Assembly (NCBI GenBank): GCA_038871515.1
Contig: JAVZHX010000002.1
Location: 141,815-205,814 of the forward strand
From: Candidatus Micrarchaeia archaeon
GTDB taxonomy: Archaea; Micrarchaeota; Micrarchaeia; Burarchaeales; Fermentimicrarchaeaceae
Direction of reading: 5' to 3'
Length of the DNA stretch: 64,000 nt
Shown: piece by piece, positions 56,568 through 64,000 of the stretch
How positions within the stretch are numbered: position 1 is the stretch's first letter
Layout: each line of letters starts with the position of its first letter
Translations under genes and position numbers: made by a program
The notes under the pieces: model-generated
The model's input: only the letters and a program-made list of their open reading frames with translations
Database searches by the model: none
What the model was told of the DNA's origin: nothing

Positions 56568-56909
56568 TCAGCAGGGGGTATAAGCCATTGTTCCCCCAGA
56601 CATCCGTGTGAATATATCTACTAGAATTGGCGCTAGAACTGCAATGAATATACCTAAAATCCCTCCGACAAGGAGAGACATTGCCCAGCCCTGTGCCTTT
56701 GCTCTCATCTCAGCACCAAATACCTGGCCTGCTGCGTATGCCAACCCTGCGAACAGGAACATTATCAGCGCAAGCGTTGGCAGCACTGTATAAACCAGCA
56801 CTTGGAAGTCACATAGTGCTTTTCTTATGGTTGAAGCCATACCTGTGGTGCTTGTTGCCGAAACTAATGGTAGCAATAGAAGGAGGAGCACAATTGTTTT
56901 GTTTTTCAT
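56568..56909 (-). CDS. VirB2/TrbC-like pilin 2
   Basis: Signal peptide ending LVSA, two hydrophobic helices joined by short charged loop GAEMRAKAQGW; ATG 56909 with GGTGG RBS. Confidence 0.7.
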   Translation of the reverse strand: MKNKTIVLLLLLLPLVSATSTTGMASTIRKALCDFQVLVYTVLPTLALIMFLFAGLAYAAGQVFGAEMRAKAQGWAMSLLVGGILGIFIAVLAPILVDIFTRMSGGTMAYTPC

Positions 56910-57155
56910 TCCAACCACCAATAATTTATGGAAAATAAAAAATAAAAAGGGAGATGGTCGTTTAGCAGGCTGCTTCTGCCATTTCACCCATTGACATGCT
57001 TATGAAGATGCCAACGAGCACTGGCGCAAGCACTGCAAGCACAATGCCGATTATCCCTCCGACAAGGAGAGACATTGCCCAGCCCTGTGCCTTTGCCTTT
57101 GTCTCAGCACCAAATGCCTGGCCTGCTGCGTATGCCAACCCTGCGAACAGGAACA
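56659..57155. repeat. 103-bp near-identical direct repeat in the two pilin cores (56659-56761 / 57053-57155)
   Basis: 98/103 identical by manual alignment. Confidence 0.9.
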
Positions 57156-57306
57156 GAATCAGGGATAGGGTTGGAAGCACTCCAGTCACTAGCACCTTGA
57201 AGTAGCATAGACCGGATGCTATTGCTGCTGCCATTGAACCAACTCTGGTTGCTGAAACCACTCCCATGGCTAACAAAGCCAGCAAAGTCGTGTACTTTGC
57301 TTTCAT
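56962..57306 (-). CDS. VirB2/TrbC-like pilin 1
   Basis: Signal peptide ending VVSA, two hydrophobic helices, loop GAETKAKAQGW; GAGGTGA RBS. Confidence 0.7.
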   Translation of the reverse strand: MKAKYTTLLALLAMGVVSATRVGSMAAAIASGLCYFKVLVTGVLPTLSLILFLFAGLAYAAGQAFGAETKAKAQGWAMSLLVGGIIGIVLAVLAPVLVGIFISMSMGEMAEAAC

Positions 57307-57450
57307 TTTCAATCACCTCAACGCCCGAGAGGGCTTAGAATATTATTTCATATGTTATATTTAAACCTTTCTATAAGTGTACTAGAACAGAAGGCGAATA
57401 CTTGCTAGAAAATGATAAATATACAAAAAGATAAATATGTTAGGAGGAGT

Positions 57451-57813
57451 ATGAAAACTTTTGAGGGACGTGCAGTTTCAGGTTCAGAAGTTGAGAGCAG
57501 AGCAGTTGTTTTTCTTATGTATCTGCTCAGGGCAGTTTCACTAATCCTTATCTTCTCTATGCTTTTTTACATACCCGCCAGAATACTTGGAGGATATGAA
57601 GCTACCTTCAGGGAGTTCATCCTTGCAAATCTCGTACTCCTCATATGCTTCGTCGCATTTCTCTTTGCAATTCAGCTTCTGTTTTACTTCTACAGGTTGA
57701 GAAAGGGAGTAAAGATGAAAAGGAGCATAGCCGGCATTATTGTTGGGTATGCACTTCCACTTATAGGAATCGCAGCTGTGCTGTGGGTTGTTTACGCAAT
57801 TGGGGCTATTTAG
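57451..57813 (+). CDS. Hypothetical 3-TM membrane protein
   Basis: GGAGG RBS before ATG 57451; three hydrophobic helices. Confidence 0.7.
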   Translation: MKTFEGRAVSGSEVESRAVVFLMYLLRAVSLILIFSMLFYIPARILGGYEATFREFILANLVLLICFVAFLFAIQLLFYFYRLRKGVKMKRSIAGIIVGYALPLIGIAAVLWVVYAIGAI

Positions 57814-59317
57814 TTTTTTCCAGTATAACATAACTCCCTTGGGAGGAGTTGAGAATAAGTGAATAATTATGCGAAGGAGAGGAGGAGTAGATTCCATATA
57901 CTTTTGAGTCCATCACCACGTATTTTGAGTTGTTTATCAACAGCTTCACCTCGCCGGCATCTGTGAGATTGCGCTTGTGAACTCTGCCCATAGCTATCTC
58001 GGATAGAGTGGGGTAAGCAGTATAGCTTGCTATGCCAAACGGGTCGAGCACAATCATCTGAAAACCAGAATAATTTGGCTTGTTCTCTCCGTGGAATTTG
58101 TAAAAAACAACTTCTGGTATGCCGTTTTCTGTGATTGAGAGGACATCGTATCTGTCTCTTAGGAAAACTCCTGTTTCCATTTTCTCAGCATTGATTTGGA
58201 AGGGGTAGAGGTAGGAGTTCATAAAATCTGAATTCGCAATGGAGGGGAAAGAGAGCAGCAGCAAAAGCAGGAAAGCAGGTATGAAAAAACGCTTGTTCTT
58301 TACTTCCACAAGAGGCTTTGCGCAAACAACTGAAAAAGGCGGAAGCGCCTGAAGGTAATACCAGCTGTAGAACTGGCCGGCACCAAGAAATACCAGGGTG
58401 AGAAGAAGCCATATGAAAATAAACCTATCCTCCCTTTTATTGAACTTCATCAGCATAACTCCCGAAAAAAAGAGAATGCACCATGGGGCAGTTAGCTTGA
58501 GAAATTCTATCGTGTTTTGGAGAAGGTGAGGTTCGAAGTTTGTGTGCGCGTAGACTCTGAAGAAGATGTCGTAAACATATGAAACAGTTATATCCGCGCC
58601 TTTGCCAAGCGGAGCATGCAGGAAAAAAAGAAGGGCGTAGAGCAGCATTGCAAGCGGAACTGCGGAGAGGGAGAGGAGGAATGCTTTCCCCCTGCTAACC
58701 TCTCTGCCAATTCTCCTATCGCCAACGTAGTACGAGATGGCAAGTGCTGGGAGCAGGAGCGCAATGATGGATTTGGTGAGAAAGAGAAGCGCCCCAGCCA
58801 AGCCTCCGTAATAAAAGTATTTTTTATTTCTCTCTCCTTCTGCATAGAAGAGAACGCCTGAGATGAGGAGGAAAAGCACGAGGGTGTCAAGCAGTAATGC
58901 CTCGCTGATTGCAATGGAAATGCAGTTGGTTGTGAAAATAAGGGAGGAGAGAAAGGCAAGCTCCTCTCCATAAAGCTTTCTCACAAGGAAGTAGAGAGCA
59001 AGCGTGGAGAGCACTCCAAAAATGATTGAGGGAAATCTGTATGCAACCTCAAGCGGTATTCTCGGGTTGAGCATCCAGATTATGTTTATTATCGCGGAGT
59101 ACACTGCAAACCCAAAAGTTGGCTTCCATGATACAATGTGCCCCATAAAATGGGGCAGGAGGGAGGGGGTGCGGTTGAGCTCATCTATAATTTCAGCATA
59201 CGCAGCCTCATCTCCGTAGATTGGAATTGAGGGCAGGTAGTACAATCTGATTGCGTATGAGATGAAGAAGAGCAGAAAAATAAAAATTGAATTCCTGTTC
59301 CTCTTGTAAAATTCCAT
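57806..59317 (-). CDS. GT-C glycosyltransferase (PMT/ArnT-like, GT39-like)
   Basis: First-loop GDEAAY, KPT (HPP-equivalent), RFPSIIFG, LLDT, LTK, ~11-13 TM. Confidence 0.85.
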   Translation of the reverse strand: MEFYKRNRNSIFIFLLFFISYAIRLYYLPSIPIYGDEAAYAEIIDELNRTPSLLPHFMGHIVSWKPTFGFAVYSAIINIIWMLNPRIPLEVAYRFPSIIFGVLSTLALYFLVRKLYGEELAFLSSLIFTTNCISIAISEALLLDTLVLFLLISGVLFYAEGERNKKYFYYGGLAGALLFLTKSIIALLLPALAISYYVGDRRIGREVSRGKAFLLSLSAVPLAMLLYALLFFLHAPLGKGADITVSYVYDIFFRVYAHTNFEPHLLQNTIEFLKLTAPWCILFFSGVMLMKFNKREDRFIFIWLLLTLVFLGAGQFYSWYYLQALPPFSVVCAKPLVEVKNKRFFIPAFLLLLLLSFPSIANSDFMNSYLYPFQINAEKMETGVFLRDRYDVLSITENGIPEVVFYKFHGENKPNYSGFQMIVLDPFGIASYTAYPTLSEIAMGRVHKRNLTDAGEVKLLINNSKYVVMDSKVYGIYSSSPSHNYSLILNSSQGSYVILEKTK

Positions 59318-59326
59318 ACCTTCCCC

Positions 59327-60061
59327 TTACTTGAGTATTGTGTATTTTGTGAGGTACATCTGCGTTTGAAGTATTATGAGGAAGGGCATTATGAATAATG
59401 AGTTAAGAACGAGCACTACGTATCTTCCCCATGGGATAGCTCCTGAAAGAATGATGAAAACGATGTCAACTGCTGTGAGGAGTATGAAACCAATCACAAG
59501 CCAGAGGAGGAATAAAGCGAATTTGTTTTTTATCATGTATAAGCTCATTCTCATTGCTTCAGTTGGTTTCAGCTCATCAATCACTATTCCTGCTGGCACA
59601 TAAAAAAGTAGCAAGGAGACAAAGAATGAAAACAATGGTGTTGCAAGTCCCTCAACTCCGTACTCGTACGAGAGAAGCAGCACAATTAATGAAAGAAGAA
59701 GGAAAAGGGTGTAGAGGAAGAAGATGGTTATTGTGTACTTTTCAATTCCCTCAATAACCTCTGTGCGTATGTTCGTCAGTGTTCTTTGGGATTTTATCAC
59801 GAGGTTTATTGCAACTGTTGCGAATGAGATTAGGAATAATGAGGCAAGGGAGCTGAGGAAGATGAGCGCAATGTCAAAGTAGGTTAAATCAATGAACATG
59901 CTTCCTGTTCTCAGGAAGGTTGCTCCTATTGAAACATACGTTGGCATTGGCGAGAGGAGAGGGATTGCAAAAGCAAGCAAGAATGGAATTGAGAAGAAAA
60001 GCACTATTCTGAAGTTTTTTTTGAATGCATCAATGCTGTAATCTATAACCTCTGTCTCCAA
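59327..60061 (-). CDS. Hypothetical multi-pass membrane protein
   Basis: About six TM helices. Confidence 0.75.
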   Translation of the reverse strand: METEVIDYSIDAFKKNFRIVLFFSIPFLLAFAIPLLSPMPTYVSIGATFLRTGSMFIDLTYFDIALIFLSSLASLFLISFATVAINLVIKSQRTLTNIRTEVIEGIEKYTITIFFLYTLFLLLSLIVLLLSYEYGVEGLATPLFSFFVSLLLFYVPAGIVIDELKPTEAMRMSLYMIKNKFALFLLWLVIGFILLTAVDIVFIILSGAIPWGRYVVLVLNSLFIMPFLIILQTQMYLTKYTILK

Positions 60062-60100
60062 TCTACCACCATATTGAATTGTATTTTGTTATTATATATT

Positions 60101-61396
60101 TTATGGTGTTATCCTTGTTCTATCCCTTGGGAAGAGGGAGCACTCCCGTATGTTGTTTCTGTTGCAGAGCACCATCACAAGCCTTTCAGCCCCAATTGCC
60201 CAGCCAGCATGCGGCGGAGCGCCCATCCTGAATGCGTTCACGTAAAACTCAAATTCCTCTGGGTTCAACCCTCTTGACTTCAGCTGCTTTATCAAAAGCT
60301 CAGGAAGGTGTATTCTCTGCGCACCAGAAGCAATTTCTATTCCGCCGTACATCAAATCAAACGCATTGCAAACCTCTGGGTTTTTCTCGTTTGGCATTGA
60401 GTAGAAAGCCCTGCTTTTTGTTGGCCATTCTGTTATGAAGAAAAGCTCCTCTCCAAGCAGCTCAGCTGCCTTCATCTCACCCTCTCTTGTGAAATCCTCC
60501 CCCCACTTCATTTTCACTCCATTTTTATTGAGGAGTTCAACCACCTCAGCGTAGGTATGTTTTTTGATGTTTTTTGGAACTTTCAGCTCTGCCCCAAGAA
60601 CCTTAAGCTCCTCGCTGCAGTTTTTCACAACACTTGAAATTATGTGCTTCATCACTTCCTCAAGCACGTCCATCGCATCCTCATGGTCAGCAAACCCCAT
60701 CTCAACGTCTAGGGAAATTAATTCATTGAGGTGGGTTGTTGTGTTGTGCTTCTCAGCTCGGAATATTGGGGTTGTCATAAAAACTTTATCCATCCCACCA
60801 ACAACCGCAAGCTGCTTGTACAGCTGTGGGGACTGAGCAAGGAAGGCTTGCTTCTCAAAGTACTGAACGGGAAACAGCTCTGTTCCGCCTTCTGTTGCAG
60901 CTGAAACAATGCATGGTGGGTTTATCTCCTGAAAGCCAAGCTGGTGAAGCTTCTCTCGGAAAGAATACAGCATCTGGCTTTTCACCTTGAAAACAGCGCT
61001 TGTCTCAATTCTTCTCAAATCAATCTGCCTGTGGTTCAACCTCACATCCAAATCGGCTGGAACCTTGCCGGTAACTTCAAAAGGAATTTTCACCTTCACC
61101 GGGTTTAAATCAACAATCTCTGTTGGGTTTATCTCAACCCCTCCCCTTGCCTGCTTCTCCTCCTTCACAACACCAGTTATTTTAACAACACTTTCCTTCA
61201 CAAGGCTCATCTTCTCAAGCACCGCGTCATCGGTTACCCCTTTCTTCCCAGTTATTTGAACAATGCCGCTTCTGTCTCTCAGAAGGATGAATTTCACCTT
61301 TCCAATGTCTCTTACCTCGTGCACCCACCCAGCCAGTGTAACTTTCTGTCCATTCATCTCAGGCTTCACTTCTGCTGCGTAATGCGTTCTCAACAC
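60101..61396 (-). CDS. aspS: Aspartate--tRNA ligase, archaeal type
   Basis: GWVHEVRDIG, ATEGGTELF, LAQSPQLYKQ, FRAE..T..HLNE, EIASGAQRIH, PPHAGWAIGAERL, FPRD. Confidence 0.97.
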   Translation of the reverse strand: MLRTHYAAEVKPEMNGQKVTLAGWVHEVRDIGKVKFILLRDRSGIVQITGKKGVTDDAVLEKMSLVKESVVKITGVVKEEKQARGGVEINPTEIVDLNPVKVKIPFEVTGKVPADLDVRLNHRQIDLRRIETSAVFKVKSQMLYSFREKLHQLGFQEINPPCIVSAATEGGTELFPVQYFEKQAFLAQSPQLYKQLAVVGGMDKVFMTTPIFRAEKHNTTTHLNELISLDVEMGFADHEDAMDVLEEVMKHIISSVVKNCSEELKVLGAELKVPKNIKKHTYAEVVELLNKNGVKMKWGEDFTREGEMKAAELLGEELFFITEWPTKSRAFYSMPNEKNPEVCNAFDLMYGGIEIASGAQRIHLPELLIKQLKSRGLNPEEFEFYVNAFRMGAPPHAGWAIGAERLVMVLCNRNNIRECSLFPRDRTRITP

Positions 61397-61400
61397 GAAG

Positions 61401-63260
61401 TCACCTCTTCCTAAACTCCTTTGGGATTCTTGATGGATAACGAATTCTGCTTATTATCAGAGCGAGCAGAATTATAATTATAACTGCGCCTGCAAGCCCA
61501 AGTTTAACCGATTCAACCTTTCTTCCCTGCTCAATTGCAAGTACCCTTGCCTGCCTCGCCAGCTCATACGCTCTTTGTGGTTCAGAGTAGAGTAATACAT
61601 TTGCGCGGAAAAGGGCGCTTTCGGCTTCGCCCATGTCTGGTGAGAAAACAAGAAAGCTCTGCTTGGAAATTTCGGTTATTGTTTTATCTGCAACGCTTAT
61701 CGCATTCTTTGCTTCCTCAATTTTCAGAATTTTGTTGCTGAGTTCCTTTTCAATTTCAGCCAGCTGCAATTCAGCTTGATGCGTTAAATTTAATGAGGAG
61801 TTGAAGTCAGCTTCTGAAAGAGCTTTCACGGAAAGCTGGAGAAGGGTTTCAATTTCGGTGAGATTCAGCTGCTGCTTGTAAGCATTTCCAATTTTTTTCA
61901 ATTCCTGAAACTTTCCAATTGAGCTGTTCAGCTCAGAATAAACTGAAGCAGTTTCATTAAGCATAGACTCTGTTGCAAACGCCATGTCAATGTAAAGCAG
62001 ATAATCTGTGAGCGTGCCGTTCTTTATGTTTCTGCTGTAGTAAATAAGTTTTTCAATTGTTGCGTTTGAGAAGTTGGAGGAGAAGTTTCCCAGCTGGCTT
62101 CTTGTTTTTGTTAAATTCTGAGCGTATGCGTTAAAAAGCTCGGCAAGCCTGTTTCTGACAAGTGGTTCAAGAACCCCTTTTGCAAGCTTGGATTTGTCTA
62201 TAACTGAATCGAGTGAAGAGGAAACAACATTGTATTCTCCATCCGCGCAGGCTCTCTCTGTTCTGTTTATATACTCAAAAGCAAGTGAGATGAGGGAGCT
62301 TGCTTCGTGGGATTGAACTCCAATAGAGCTTGCTTTCTCCTCAAGAGTTTTTGCGTAGGTTGATGACAGGTTTGCCTCGTTTAGTTTATCAGAGAGCGCT
62401 TCAACTCTTTGTATCTCTCCCTGTATAATTGTTATTGCAATGCCTGCCTCGCTTTTTGCGGATATTGCAAGCTGTTTTGAGATTGTTGCGTTGTATTTTG
62501 CTGTTTCATAATCCTTGCTGGCGTATGCTGACTGGGCTGCCCTGAGCTCAGAAAGAGCTGCGGAGTAGTTGCCCAGAGCAGTTGAGATGCGCTGGGAAGC
62601 TCTCACGGCTGAAACACAGTGAGTTTCCAAAGCAAGCGCGATTGAGCTGTTCGCCTGCTCAATTTCGTTGAACGCGCCAGAAACTTCCTCCTGGGCTTCC
62701 CCAATTGCAGCTGTGGCAAGCTGCTGAGGAGAGGTGCCTGTCTGCGCTGCGAATATCTGGCTTTGGGTTAAACCATATACGTATACATAATCGGAGTAGG
62801 ATTCCTGCTGGGGGTTTTCAAACCAGCACCCTATCTTGCAGTTCACAAACTTGTAGGTGTATTGAACTGTGTATTTATGAGGAACACCTGGGTAGAAAAG
62901 CGAGGAGGTTGGGTTGGGGTCAATACGAATGTTAATCAACAACTCGTATGTATTTGATGGCGCATAACTGTATCCATAGGATTGGGCGTATGCTTTCCCA
63001 GCTGTTGCATAGCTAAGGCATGTGCTGTTCTTTGATGGAGGGCAGACGCAAACCTTTGGATAGACTGGCATGAGGGTGGTTATCTCAATATCACCAACGT
63101 AATCTGTGAACTGGACGAGCACGCTGTCCACGCAGAACTCATACTGCCCCCCTGGGTTGGAGAGGGAGAAGCGGATTGTTGTTGACTCGCCTGGAGAGAC
63201 AACCTTTGCTGAGTTTGCTGCAAGCATGAGGAAGATTAATGGGAGAAGAAATTTTCTCAT
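61401..63260 (-). CDS. Secreted protein with N-terminal beta domain, long helical stalk and C-terminal TM anchor
   Basis: Signal peptide, Ala-rich helical repeats, LAGAVIIIILLALIISR. Confidence 0.8.
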   Translation of the reverse strand: MRKFLLPLIFLMLAANSAKVVSPGESTTIRFSLSNPGGQYEFCVDSVLVQFTDYVGDIEITTLMPVYPKVCVCPPSKNSTCLSYATAGKAYAQSYGYSYAPSNTYELLINIRIDPNPTSSLFYPGVPHKYTVQYTYKFVNCKIGCWFENPQQESYSDYVYVYGLTQSQIFAAQTGTSPQQLATAAIGEAQEEVSGAFNEIEQANSSIALALETHCVSAVRASQRISTALGNYSAALSELRAAQSAYASKDYETAKYNATISKQLAISAKSEAGIAITIIQGEIQRVEALSDKLNEANLSSTYAKTLEEKASSIGVQSHEASSLISLAFEYINRTERACADGEYNVVSSSLDSVIDKSKLAKGVLEPLVRNRLAELFNAYAQNLTKTRSQLGNFSSNFSNATIEKLIYYSRNIKNGTLTDYLLYIDMAFATESMLNETASVYSELNSSIGKFQELKKIGNAYKQQLNLTEIETLLQLSVKALSEADFNSSLNLTHQAELQLAEIEKELSNKILKIEEAKNAISVADKTITEISKQSFLVFSPDMGEAESALFRANVLLYSEPQRAYELARQARVLAIEQGRKVESVKLGLAGAVIIIILLALIISRIRYPSRIPKEFRKR

Positions 63261-63284
63261 CAGTATAGATTTATTTGGAGGATA

Positions 63285-64000
63285 TTAAAATATGCCTTTC
63301 AGATAGCAGGAAGTTGCATCAACGATGGTTGCATTTACAAACTCACCAAGCTTCCCCTCCATGAGAATAACTTGTTTGTATGAGTGATTTCTCCCAGCCA
63401 CTCCCCCCTCTCTTCTTTCAGTTATCAAAACTTCAAAGGTTTTTCCAACAAGCTGTTTGTTTTTTTCAAGCGCAATTTCTCTGCATAGCTCGCTAACCTT
63501 TCTGCTTCTCTCAGAGACAAGCTTGCCTGGAAGCTGCTTCATTCTTGCTGCCCTTGTTCCCGGCCTTGGGAAGAACTTTGAGTTGTTCACAACGTCTGGC
63601 TGAATTTTTTTGATAACCTCAAGGGTTCTCTCAAAAGAATCATCTGTTTCTGTTGGAAAGCCCACAATTATATCGGTTGCAAGAGTCAACTCGGGTATGT
63701 GCTTTCTGAACTCCGAAAGGACTTTCAAAAAATCATCAACAGAGTAAGTTCTGTTCATTTCTTTTAAAACTCCATCATCGCCGGATTGCAATGGAAGGTG
63801 GAGGAATTTGTAAATTTTATTGCTTTTGAATGCATCAATCAACTCAGGCAACATCCTTAAGGCGTGCTGGGGGTTCATCATCCCAACTCTCACGAGAAAG
63901 TTCCCATCGATTTCATCTATTTTTCTCAGCAGTGAAACCAAGTTTGTGTTTTTATCAACTCCATATGCTCCAACATCCATTGAGGTAAGCTGTATCTCCT
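63285..64000 (-). CDS. mtaB: tRNA methylthiotransferase, MtaB/MiaB family (radical SAM + TRAM), C-terminal part
   Basis: RVGMMNP, FLHLPLQSGDD.VLK.MNR.Y, TDIIVGFPTE, PRPGT, C-terminal TRAM domain; runs off window end. Confidence 0.9.
   Translation of the reverse strand, partial: EIQLTSMDVGAYGVDKNTNLVSLLRKIDEIDGNFLVRVGMMNPQHALRMLPELIDAFKSNKIYKFLHLPLQSGDDGVLKEMNRTYSVDDFLKVLSEFRKHIPELTLATDIIVGFPTETDDSFERTLEVIKKIQPDVVNNSKFFPRPGTRAARMKQLPGKLVSERSRKVSELCREIALEKNKQLVGKTFEVLITERREGGVAGRNHSYKQVILMEGKLGEFVNATIVDATSCYLKGIF

Noticed and set aside
26696..57306. Provirus or integrated conjugative plasmid
   Set aside because: No capsid, terminase, integrase, relaxase, replication protein or att/tRNA site recognisable
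56568..57306. Type IV pilins or archaellins
   Set aside because: No class III signal peptide; standard signal peptide plus two internal hydrophobic helices fits VirB2/TrbC-like architecture

Overview
Archaeal chromosomal segment: GGTG/GAGGTGA-type ribosome-binding sites, TATA-box promoters, archaeal GluRS/AspRS and the archaeal mevalonate enzymes. The many orphan ORFs suggest a DPANN/Micrarchaeota-like lineage (inference only). The left part (1-22.7 kb) is housekeeping and metabolism: gltX, mevalonate kinase, a TrpY-regulated trpB2 plus SerK/SbnI-like kinase unit, a candidate cobalamin-uptake module with a divergent regulator, and a clustered modified mevalonate pathway (UbiX, UbiD-like, AcnX large and small, IPK, IDI-2). 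The 22.7-26.1 kb island holds a stand-alone TnpB bracketed by an inverted repeat, two hyper-acidic micro-proteins, a double zinc finger, several RNA hairpins and a HerA/VirB4-like ATPase. The main feature is a ~30.6 kb co-directional minus-strand locus (26.7-57.3 kb) resembling an expanded, chromosomal T4SS/Ced-like apparatus. It has 2 VirB2-like pilins, 6 paralogous VirB6/CedA-like membrane proteins, 2 paralogous membrane adaptors, an intein-containing VirB4/HerA-like ATPase, a free copy of that ATPase's C-terminal domain, a 2700-aa surface protein and a 1787-aa membrane-anchored coiled coil. No relaxase or integrase is visible. The right end carries a GT-C glycosyltransferase, aspS and a partial MtaB. 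All family calls come from reading motifs by eye, not from database searches.
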